Shown one piece after another: positions 12,806 through 23,537 of a stretch of DNA of 64,000 nt (positions are counted from its first letter, which is position 1; every line of letters starts with the position of its first letter). Made by a program: the position numbers and the translations under genes. A model generated the notes under the pieces. The model made no database searches. It saw only the letters and a list, made by a program, of their open reading frames with translations, and was not told where the DNA came from. Origin of the DNA: Trichoplax adhaerens (lineage: Eukaryota; Animalia; Placozoa); contig NW_002060948.1 of assembly GCF_000150275.1 (NCBI RefSeq), positions 5,378,336 to 5,442,335 of the forward strand. Direction: 5' to 3'.

Positions 12806-13262
12806 AGTAGCACGCTCTCCTAGATTTTATCCATAAATAGTAATCAGAATAGCAAGATAAAATGTCATAATCTAGTAGTATGCTACTGTACAATAATGGA
12901 ATGTAAATCTTTACATGTATGTAGTAAAACTGACGGGTAAGTTTCCACCAATCTGAAAACAATCGAGAACTGCCAAATTATTTTTATCGCTGATATACTT
13001 TTCATCTAACAAGTAAATTTTTGATGCTAAGGTCTAGTACTTGTGTAACTTCTTGCTAACTATGACCATGATGCTCTCCTTCAATATTGAATGAGGAGCC
13101 CATCATCACAGTATCAAAATTAACTTTTTGACACATCGACATCACAAGGAATTACAAATGATGTCACCATATCATAAAATTTATAATAATTCTAGCCTGT
13201 TAACAAAATGAAACAGCTACAATTTAGTTGGTATAAGGTGTAGGTTAAACCGTTGAGTTGTC

Positions 13263-13354
13263 TGCAACCTCGTAGTTTCATCAATCATAGTAGCCTCTTG
13301 ACATTGAATGAGTTACCTGCTATGACATCATTACAAGAACAAATAAAGGTTGCA
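13263..13354 (-). promoter_or_regulatory. SECIS element (form 2) in the SELENOK 3'UTR
   Basis: Minus strand: UGCAACCUU..AUGAU GUCAUAGCAGG UAA CUC..GAG GCUACUAUGAU UGAU G..GAGGUUGCA. This gives helix I (UGCAACCUU/GAGGUUGCA), the AUGA/GA quartet, helix II of about 10 bp, unpaired AA and an apical CUC/GAG mini-stem. Confidence 0.88.
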
Positions 13355-13518
13355 TTGAGGTGCTACCAAACTTTTCAGTTTGGTATTTAGCGCTTGCCAA
13401 TAGTTAAATCAGCAAGCGCTTTACCTATAAAAATGGAAAACACACCGTCAATCATGCCCATCCCAGTATCTAATGATTTCATCGATGATCAAGTAATATC
13501 AACTTAGGATTCTCATTT

Positions 13519-16148
13519 TTACCTTCCTCATCCGCCACCGCCACCAGCCATGGGAGGACTAGCTGGACCATCTATTGGTAGGAGTAGAACACATCAATGA
13601 TTCTCACTTCGAAATTAGTTTTATAGGCGTAAAATCACTTGCAAACTAATGTAAAACATACTTTGTCCTCCTGGATTAATTCTGCCAATCTTTTTCCGAG
13701 GCGGTCCCGGCGGTGGTCTATAAATGAACGATTATTTTAACTTTAGTTCTAGAAAATCTTTAACGGTCTAGTAGACAAGCGATTTTACAAGTATTATATA
13801 GAAAAGTACAGTAAGTTTAAGCTCTTGCAAATGGATAGTCGAATGTGAAGATAATTCAGTGATTTTAGTTTACATATTGAAATGGCCAAAGCATAACACG
13901 TAAACGAGTTGTTTTAATTCTTAATATTATTAAATAGTCCATAAGGAATACAGTACAAAGTAAGTGATTCTACATTATGTTCAGTGGAAAAAGTAGAACA
14001 AAATTAAGCTGTAGCAATGGATGATCAAATGCAATGATAATCCAGTGACTTCAATGCACTTATGAATATAGTTAAACATAACATGTCAACAGTTATTTTG
14101 ATATTGTAATACTAAATAGTCTATAAGGAATAACAGTACAGTAGTAAGTCATTCCATAGTGTAGAGCAGAGGAAATTAAATGAATACAAAGTTATCGTCC
14201 AATATGAAGCTAATCCAATAATTAATTCTACTTTTGTGTCATTATCATTATAGAGCACGATGTGTCATGGCAAAGACGGACCTTTTATCTGGTCGGAAAG
14301 TCGGGGTTTCTTTCTTCTTGTCGTTATCAAGCTAATTGGAGAAATTGTAGTAGTATTAGTAAATAATTTTTATATCTATCATTCTTTCAAATAACGAAAA
14401 AGAAAGTACATAGGCTATATCACGATAACAATGAAAGAACTTACCAGAAGCATCGACTTAATGCTGTTGTAAAATAAGATAGAATAAAAAATTTTAGATT
14501 ATTGTAATCAATAAGCCATTTCATGACAATGATGTTGTTATTCGTATTGCTGTAGTACTACAACATTACTAGGGAGAGTCTTTATGGTATGATATTACAA
14601 ACAGTAGTTGATGTTTCTATAAGCATTCAACAATTAAACTAAATAGAGCTTGTATTGCAAGAAATGAGTATATAAGCCAAGTCTATTCTTTCCATATTAT
14701 TTCACTCTTAATACTTACAATAGCACCATGCACGCTACAAATGTTGTGAAGAAATTCTTTATAGAAGACAGCGTCCACGGGCTGTTTCCTTGAACGAGTT
14801 GACCTAAGTATATCAATAGCATCGTTAAGTCCAATGTAAAAACTTATCTAAGTATTTCTAGTTACTAAATTAGATATACACTTATGATGTAAACTCCTAC
14901 GTATGCAATATCCATGTTGTCAATGTATTCTTACGTGCATCTAATCATATGCAATAAGAATTTGCGAATGAATGATGCGAAAGTTTATATTTAAAGACCC
15001 ATCACTCATTCTACTCTACTAGTCAATGCTAAAGGAAGTAGATGAAAAAGTGCTTCTTTTCTATAGCACCGTCCAAATCATATCACCATGATAGCGAATC
15101 GATAGCGAGATGAAACTCAACCTACTCATTTCTAGCTATAATTCTGTTTCTCATGTCTATCAAATATGTTACTCCTGTACAAATGGATTTTATACGATCA
15201 TTATGGTTATCATTATTGCTATCCTTGTCGGGAAGATTTACGCGTATACTGTTTATCCATCCACAGGCCATTTCTGTTATGTGCGACCTGACTAGAGCGC
15301 TGAATTGGTAGTCTAGTATAAGGTTGACTTTGTGCTTATCCTCCTATTAAGTTGAGTTATTATTTCAATGGATGGAAGAAACGGCTATGGTACCCAATTG
15401 AATCAGACTTGGTGTTTTTAATATTGCTAAAGCAAATGGTTTGGTCATTGGATATTACATGATATTTTTTAGCGTTGATTCTACGACAAAAATGTTGGAT
15501 TCTATTCATAAATTATCCTATGTATACATATACATACACACAAGTGGAGAGAATGATCATCTCGTAAAGGAAAAATGTGATGAAAGCCTATACAGATTAC
15601 TAGTAGTGCACTTTACAGTAAGTTGGTGATTATTCTTTTCGCTACGACTATACAGATAGAATCGCAAGTGAGATATTTTCTAATGCATTCAGTGTAGATT
15701 CGCAGCAATATACTCGTCAAAATAATATTGAATTGATGTAGAATTTCAAGTCGATTCTCTGCTCATGATCTCATGATGAAATTTCCATACAACACATACT
15801 GTACAGGAAGAAGAATCCATAGTCCAGTATCAAGCCCATTATCCTACACGTCTACACTAGTGGAGAAAATAATCATCTACTAGATGGAATTGATACCAAT
15901 TTGAAGTCGACATTCTTCTGATGATCAAGTTTCCTTACATCCTTTCCATGTCAACACACAAGATGAAGAGTAACTGTATATTGAGACTACGTGTATTCTT
16001 CTTGATAATAGTCATGACTGTATAACGTCGAACTGGGGAAGAAACGGCTAACAAAAGATTTTACATTTTGTGAAGTTGGATGGGTATTTTTCTTGCTCCA
16101 ATGCATCACACTGACAGCTATCTTACCATTTTTGTCAATGTAAACCAT
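13519..16148 (-). CDS. SELENOK: Selenoprotein K, 94 aa, Sec encoded by in-frame UGA at 13528-13530
   Basis: Six phase-consistent GT-AG exons: 16127-16148, 14719-14803, 14445-14463, 14282-14331, 13662-13717, 13519-13571 (285 nt). Protein: MVYIDKNGQLVQGNSPWTLSSIKNFFTTFVACMVLFIKSMLLLDNDKKKETPTFRPDKRPPPGPPRKKIGRINPGGQNGPASPPMAGGGGGUGR*. It matches the SelK pattern (MVYI..G..SPW, single TM, PP..PPR..GRIN, PPMAGGUGR). Confidence 0.95.
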
Positions 16149-17703
16149 GATGAGCCAAGGCTACGTCCAAGCTCTGTTAAAGTCCTACAACAGAAAACAG
16201 TGATGATTCTATTAATTAACCCAACAAGTGCCTCTTCTCATCTATGCCATCAACACGCCGCCACTACACGATAGTATTCTGCTTAGTCATAACCGATGAT
16301 TGCAATGGATCTTACCCAAAATCTTCAAGGAAAAGGTCAAGATTTCTTAGTTTAATGTCTACTTTTTGGTCTTTCCAACAACCTTTTTTTACCTGGTAGA
16401 GACGATGATGAGTTAATGGAGTTGATTCTAGACTCTCAACGCCTCCATCTTGATGACGATTTCAATGATGAACAGTTGACGTCACTAACCTAGTCCTCGA
16501 GCAGTAGCATGAGTACAGTGTCCAATACATCAGTTCGTGTGTAATATTGTTACTTTAAAAGAGTTGGCGAAATGGATTTCACTAAGGGGAAACCAGCATT
16601 ACTAAGCAAAACAAATGGTTGATGCTATCGTCAGTATCAAAAGATGATCCAGTCTGCTATACTAAAGTGTACAAAGCGCACTACTGTACTGCACCATAGG
16701 CTACGATTGTTCCACTAGTCCACTCTGTCTGGTCGTCTGATACCCGGTCCATCGGGCAATGGACAATTGGACAATTGGACATGCTGAGAATTGCTGATTT
16801 TGGCACAGCCATTCATTAATATGTTCATCAATCATCTGTATTTGTAGTCCAAAGAGTTGGTAAATTGTACAACAGTGTGCCACAGGCTACTCAAGGTTGT
16901 TCCTCTTGTAGTAGGACTTGGTACTATGCTCAAGTAGAGTAGGAAGCATCGCCATTTTGCAATACTATACAGAAGACTACTTTCACCAGTATTGAATCAA
17001 CACAAGCGATTTGTACAGTACTAGACTGGTCGAGAGCTCGTCCCTAATAATCACTATACTAGTAGAAGAAGACTTGGACACCCTCCGACAGACGGACTTC
17101 CCTTGCTTGTCGAAAAATGGCTACTTAGTATGGTTCTTTTGTGTCTGTTTCCTAAATCACTGGTACTAATTTCAAGAACATCGACACATCTTATAGAACT
17201 GCTTCTAAGCGTAGCTTAATAACCGATAATATGATTTAACGTAATATAACTTTATTTAGAATAAATCAGTCCGTTCAAAATCTACCATCTCCATACTTAA
17301 GTACTGCCATCATGATGGGTTTGGCACAATAGTGGAATAAGATGAGATCGATCATGTCTGTCCGTCCAAGCGGGAGTCTATCCTGGACAAGCATATTTGT
17401 AAACAAGTCAGTGAGAGGCTATGCGTTATAGTAGGATGCAATACAGTTCTACAATTCGATACAGAACAGTACTGTTACGAGTATTGAATCGGCACCACAT
17501 TAAGTGGTCAGAAGCTCCACCAGCTTAAAACGAATGCAAGACGGGAAGAAGCTCTTGGAAATGAGGTAAAATTAATATTGGTAAGAGCTACAACATCAAT
17601 TCTTAACCGTGCTAGTCTGCAAATAGTGCAAGAAAATTCATTCCACTTCAATGATAGACAATTGATGTGCAGTATAGGAATTTGAATACTTTGATCGGAT
17701 AGA

Positions 17704-19715
17704 ATGGGTTTGGGCAGAGTTGCTATCGCATCCATTTCCATTGCCATCACTATCTTATTAGCCTTAACCAAGTCGTGCCATTCAGCTAAAATATTATTAG
17801 TCGTCCAACACTATCATAGCCATGCACAGGTAGTTGCAGCAGTTGGAGATGAATTGCATGCCAGAGGTCATGCAGTAACGATGGTTGCAGCTCAAGCTGT
17901 CCAATCCTTGTCCAGCAAAGAATTTAAAGTTCGATATTATCAGACGCCTGTCAGAGATCAAGACCTCGCAGATTGTACCGCGCAATCATTAAAAAATCAA
18001 GATCCTCTACTATCAGCGTGCAATCGGCTTTTTCGAGATGATATTCTTGCTTTTACCAATGGAAAGGAGCTACTGGATGAATTAAAGCGTGAAAATTTCG
18101 GTAAATGATTTTGAGTAACATTACATAAATACCAGACATGCGTCTATTACGCCATCTTAGCTTGCAAAAACCTTCAACGAAACAATAGAGCTAGTTCAGC
18201 CAGGGACTACTCAAGTAAAAATGTTACCCCCTTTCCACCGTCTACTTTCTCTCTCTCTCTCACACTATAATCCCCAGAGATGATATAGTAAGAGAGAGGA
18301 GTGGGAGACGATGGAAGAAGGGTAACACTTTTACTTGGGCAGTCTCTGGTTCAGAAATGTGAAGTGGGAGTTTTGCAAGCTGGAGTGGCAATAGTATGCA
18401 TGCATCGCATTGCATCGAGTAGTGCTAGCAACCGACTCTTTCTAATCCTAGTAGCTTGTATAGTATAGCACTTTACGCTTATAGTACTTCTATTAATGCG
18501 GATTCTAATTTTCAATGACCAAACTCTTTCTCAATTTGTCATCGTCTAGATGGATTAATTTGCGACGTAGCAAGCTATGCATGCTTGATTGTTGCTGAAT
18601 ATATCAACATCAAAGTCCAAGTAGATGTATCACCAATCGGTCTGCTTGATCCATTAACAACTTCGCCATATCATATACCAGGTCCTCCTGCCTACGTCCC
18701 ACAAATGGCAGTCATCGCGACTAACAAAATGAATTTATATCAACGCACACAAAATGTCATCTTTTACGGCATTATGATCACTCTCTTACGAACCTTTATG
18801 TTTAGTAACATGTATCGGTCTGCTAACATAACTAATTTAGGCTTCAACTCACCACCTAGCTTTGAACTCAGAAGATCCACATTTCTGATTGCTAACGGTG
18901 ATTTCGCTGTTGATTACCCTCGACCAATTACACCAGCAACAAAAGTAGTAGGCCCTTTATTACCAAAACCCGCTCAAACTCTTCCTGACGACTTACAACA
19001 GTTTGCCTCTGCTAACAAAAACGGGACTATTGTAGTCTCCTTTGGTTCAGTCATGATTGGTTTAAAATATGTCACTGACCTAGAAATATTTTTCCAAGCT
19101 TTTGGTCAATTACCTTACAATGTCATATGGAAATTTAGTGATAAAATCACCCATCACATTCCCGATAATTTAAAAGTCGTTCAGTGGTTGCCGCAAAATG
19201 ACCTACTTGGCCATCATAATGTCAAAGCTTTGGTAACACATTGTGGCTTAAATAGTGTCCTAGAAGCTGCCTACCATGGTGTACCTATGATTGGTATTCC
19301 TATTGCTGCTGATGGAATGAATCATGCTCAAAAGATTATAGCTAGAAATATCGGTGTGATACTAGATATCAAAACGATGACGAGCAATGATCTATCCAAT
19401 GCAATCATCAATGTCGTAACCGATAAATTTATCGCAGAAAATGCTACAAAGATATCAGCATTTATCAAGAACAGACCTAATGGTAGAACACCAGCACAAG
19501 AAGCCGGAGACTGGGTTGAATTTGCGTTAGGTAGTGAAGGAGGAAATTATTTACGGACTGAAGAATATAATTTAAGATGGTATGAATTGTATTTGATCGA
19601 TGTTTATGCAGTTCTTATAATAATATGTTATTTATTCATTAAACTAATGAAATTAGTGTGGAAAGGAATTGCTAATGTATGTTGTCGTAGAAAAGAAAAG
19701 GTTAAAAAGTCCTAA
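17704..19715 (+). CDS. UDP-glycosyltransferase (UGT/GT1 family), 2 coding exons, 520 aa
   Basis: Exons 17704-18100 and 18550-19715 are joined by a phase-1 GT-AG intron. It has a signal peptide, catalytic-His region HYHSHAQ, the [10 protein letters not shown]...[17 protein letters not shown] signature, a TM helix and a KVKKS dilysine end. Confidence 0.95.
18137..18402. repeat. ~265-bp imperfect palindrome (fold-back/MITE-like) in the UGT intron
   Basis: Outer arms CATGCGTCTATT..GCCATCTTAGCTTGCAAAA / TTTTGCAAGCTGGAGTGGCAATAGTATGCATG. An inner 45-bp arm starting at 18199 matches the reverse complement of about 18306-18350 at 36 of 45 positions and continues through CT/AG tracts to a short loop. 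Confidence 0.9.
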
Positions 19716-20934
19716 TTGAAGCAATTGAATGTGTAACAAACTTTAGCTTACAGCACCTGTTAAGATTCTGTTGAAGTTTATACACTTGTTAATACACTTA
19801 TATAGTTTTACAATATGTGGTGATAACTAGTAATAAGTGCAAGCCATTATTTGCAGTACTAGCATTCGTAGATTAACCTGCCAATATTTTCATGCAATCA
19901 ATACAGAAAAGTTGATTCTATATTAGCAGCGATGATTCTATTATGAATAATATGACACTGGATAATTGCAAAACTCTTGTGACGATTGTAGAGTACATTG
20001 CATATTGCCTTCCAATAAAAATTGTATGCGCTAGAAATCTGGCACCATTATTAGCCTTTCTTTACCGGGTTAATAGCTGAAAGCAAATGCAGAATGGATT
20101 GGATCATATTGTGATCGAAATCTGTAATAAAGACATCTAGAAATTACATCTCATGATTTACTAATGTTACCAGGGGGTTACTAATAATGACACGTTTAGC
20201 CGGTCGTTATCAAAGGCCGCATAGCACTATAGTTATAAAATAAATAAATTTATCTCCAATTTGAAGGGTAGTACTACATGAAACATTTGCTTATTTCTCT
20301 TAGAGCAACGAATATACTATATTATTGATACAAAACATGAGAATGAGCCACCTAATATGAATTATTTTGGTGAATATTGATTAGTCATTCTAGTCTTTGT
20401 CACATCTGTAATTATAGTTGCATCACATTGAATCCATAAGAGCTGACAGATCTTAACTCATTACAATCGAAATGAGCCGCTTCAGACCCCCATCTCTTTC
20501 TCACCTTCCATGTAAAACATTAGTGAATAACAGGATGTGTACGCGTGTAATGAGATAAAGAATTAATTATAGCTAAAAAATATGGATTATACGAATTCTT
20601 AAAATGCTGTGAAGTAAGAAGAATTTGTAGATTCACATTCGGCACATTTTACATGAACTAGATCATCTGGTAGTAGTGGAGTAGTTATTTACAAATCAAG
20701 AAGTTGTATCAGACGATATCCTTTTGCAGACTTGCAGCATCTATAGATTGCTATCTGTCGTAACTGGTATTTAACGATAAAATATTTCATATCTTTATAA
20801 GTTTCCGATTTTCCATAAAGAATGTGCTTGAAAAACGGCATTATGAAATAAAGAATTTTATGCCGATAGAGCAGGTAGGATATAAATTGATTAAGGCTAT
20901 CAATATTGCTGCACGTTGCATAGACACTTTTTGA

Positions 20935-21592
20935 TTAATCCCTAAAGTCTACTGTTATTCATATAAATATTCTAGGCTTGTGAATTTATTACCTTGGTTG
21001 ATATCATCTCATGCATAGAAGGTAAATTAGAGGATGCAAATTTACTTTGTAAAGTAGCTACTCCTAGACTACAACATGGTGAGACAAAGAATTTTTATAC
21101 CGATAGAGTAGTGTAGCCAGCCAGATAGTATATAGGTACATCTACACTGTCTGAGCACAAGCAACGAATCATGTTGCTATGCGAGCATTACATCTTAATG
21201 CGGCACCTATTCGTGATTTCGGTACCGGTTAAGAATTCAACTTTAGTGCTAAATTCACGGCACTACAAGTTGGTGAGTGGAAATTCATGAGAGCCATGAA
21301 TGTTACTGGACGTTAGGCATGTTATAATCAATCCCTAAAGCTTGCTACTATCCGAAAAAAAGTCTTAATCTTACGAATTTTATTACCATTACTTCTATCA
21401 TCTCGGGCAGTAGAAGAAGGTGAATTTAAGGATGCAAGGTTAATTTGAAACGTAGCTACGCCTAGTTTAGCCTTATATTCGTGTTGATATTATCATAATA
21501 AATATTTCAAGCTTACAAATGGATTACCTTTACTTTTACCATCTTATGTAGTAAAAAGATGAATTCAAGGACGTAAATTTAATTTGTAAACT
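20935..21592 (-). repeat. Three diverged ~130-bp direct repeats resembling duplicated exon-plus-intron units
   Basis: Copies at about 20935-21070, 21330-21470 and 21490-21592. On the minus strand 21387-21461 (75 nt) and 20993-21063 (71 nt) are bounded by CTAG| and |GTAAT. Confidence 0.6.
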
Positions 21593-21712
21593 CTTATACT
21601 TTTGTCAATGTATCATTGACTGCCAGAAAGAGTTGTCTATTTTTATAGGGGAGCCGATGTGTCCCGTATACACATTACGGTTATGACTTGTTTACTATCT
21701 GTATCATAAATC

Positions 21713-22270
21713 GATGAACTTTTATATTAGAAGTCAGAGTATACAAAACCATCAATTTCATTCATATCGTTACCATGAAAAATGTCACTTTGAATGCTAA
21801 GTATAATTGATTAAGACGATGAACTTTTGTACTAGAACTCAGAGCATGCAAACCTCTCAATTTCATTCATTTCGTTAGCTATCAATTAGCTAGCTAACTA
21901 ACGAGTTAGCTATTCTTTAGCTATTCGTTAGCAATCCATTCCATTCATTTCGTTACCATGAAAAATGTCACTTTGAATGCTAAATATAATTGATTAAGAC
22001 GATGAACTTTTGTACTAGAACTCAGAGCATGCAAACCTCTCAATTTCATTCATTTCGTTAGCTATCAATTAGCTAGCTAACTAACGAGTTAGCTATTCTT
22101 TAGCTATTCGTTAGCAATCCATTCCATTCATTTCGTTACCATGAAAAATGTCACTTTGAATGCTAAATATAATTGATTAAGACGATGAACTTTTGCACTA
22201 GAACTCAGAGTATGCAGAACCATCAATTTCATGCATATCGTTAGGATGAAAAATGTCAATTTGAATGCTA
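21713..22270. repeat. Tandem repeat of a 105-bp unit; the two middle copies are expanded to 183 bp
   Basis: GATGAACTTTT starts at 21713, 21818, 22001 and 22184 (periods 105, 183, 183). Confidence 0.95.
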
Positions 22271-22631
22271 ACTAAGTTAATTACGACAAACAGAACGCTC
22301 ACGTTGCTAGGTGGCGCAACCAGCTACCTTAGCTTACCTTACTACGGTAGTGTCTGCAGTACCAGTGTGGTTCAACTCCGCCCTATCTCTCGTCTACAGT
22401 ACAGTAGTAGAGTATTACTAGTACAGTATATGCTACCGCATGGTGTGGATGGTAATAGCTTAACACACGGACGATCGCTGTACTGTTAGTATGATCATAA
22501 ACCAACAAAACCATAAACCATCATCAATCGATCATAAGAGGAAGAGGAAAACCCTAACACACTACACATCCATTGACTGATTTAGCTGGCATTTTGCAGA
22601 ATACGTTATATTGCTCTGCCTGTAAAACACC

Positions 22632-23537
22632 ATGAGCATTGTTGAATACAAGGCAATCGTTGAATATGGCGATAGAGCGATCATCTTTGTTGGAATGAAC
22701 CATTTCTATCCTTTGGTCGTGCAACGAGGTCAAGTCATGCACAGCAAATATGGTGCATTTCCTCACGATTGGATGGTCGGGAAAACATTTGGAAGTAAAA
22801 TTTGGGCTAGAAATAATAAAGGTTGGCTGTATATTCTTCATCCTACAGCTGAATTATGGACTTTATCACTACTACATCGAACTCAAGTAATTTATAGTAC
22901 GGATATTAGTATGATTATAAGTGAATTAGAAATTATGCCTGGATGCTTAGTAATTGAATCGGGTACAGGGAGTGGATCATTATCTCATGCGATTATCCGA
23001 GCTGTTTCGCCAAATGGCAAGCTGTTAACGTATGAATTTCATAACGAACGAGCAGATAAAGCTGAAAATGATTTTAAACTTAATGGATTAAATCATCTAG
23101 TTACGGTACACTGTCGCAATGTTTGCCAAGAAGGATTTGATATAACATCGGAAGCAGATGCAGTTATTTTAGATTTACCCATTCCCTGGGAAGCAATTCC
23201 ATATGCAAAACAAGCACTCAAACCGGGTGGTAGAATTTGCTGTTTCTCCCCTTGTATCGAACAAGTGCAAAGAAGTTGTATGTGCTTACGTGATCATGGT
23301 TTTATCGATGTCAAAGTTCTAGAAACGATATTAAGACCGTATCGTGTTAAGAAAATGGAATTGCCTATCGCTAATACTGGTAATTGCGAATCCTTCCAAT
23401 CCAACGAGCGTAGTGATCCATCAACGAGTCATCATGAAAATAAAAGTAAACGAGAATTACTATCAACATTTCCCGTAGCAACCACTCCAGGCCATACTGG
23501 TTATTTAACGTTTGCCACATTCTATCCACAAGAATGA
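22632..23537 (+). CDS. TRMT61A: tRNA (adenine(58)-N1)-methyltransferase catalytic subunit (GCD14 family), intronless
   Basis: 301-aa ORF with LHPTAELWTLSLLHRTQVIY, VIESGTGSGSLSHAI (SAM binding), ADAVILDLPIPW, CFSPCIEQVQR and a terminal GHTGYLTFAT. Confidence 0.96.
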   Translation: MSIVEYKAIVEYGDRAIIFVGMNHFYPLVVQRGQVMHSKYGAFPHDWMVGKTFGSKIWARNNKGWLYILHPTAELWTLSLLHRTQVIYSTDISMIISELEIMPGCLVIESGTGSGSLSHAIIRAVSPNGKLLTYEFHNERADKAENDFKLNGLNHLVTVHCRNVCQEGFDITSEADAVILDLPIPWEAIPYAKQALKPGGRICCFSPCIEQVQRSCMCLRDHGFIDVKVLETILRPYRVKKMELPIANTGNCESFQSNERSDPSTSHHENKSKRELLSTFPVATTPGHTGYLTFATFYPQE

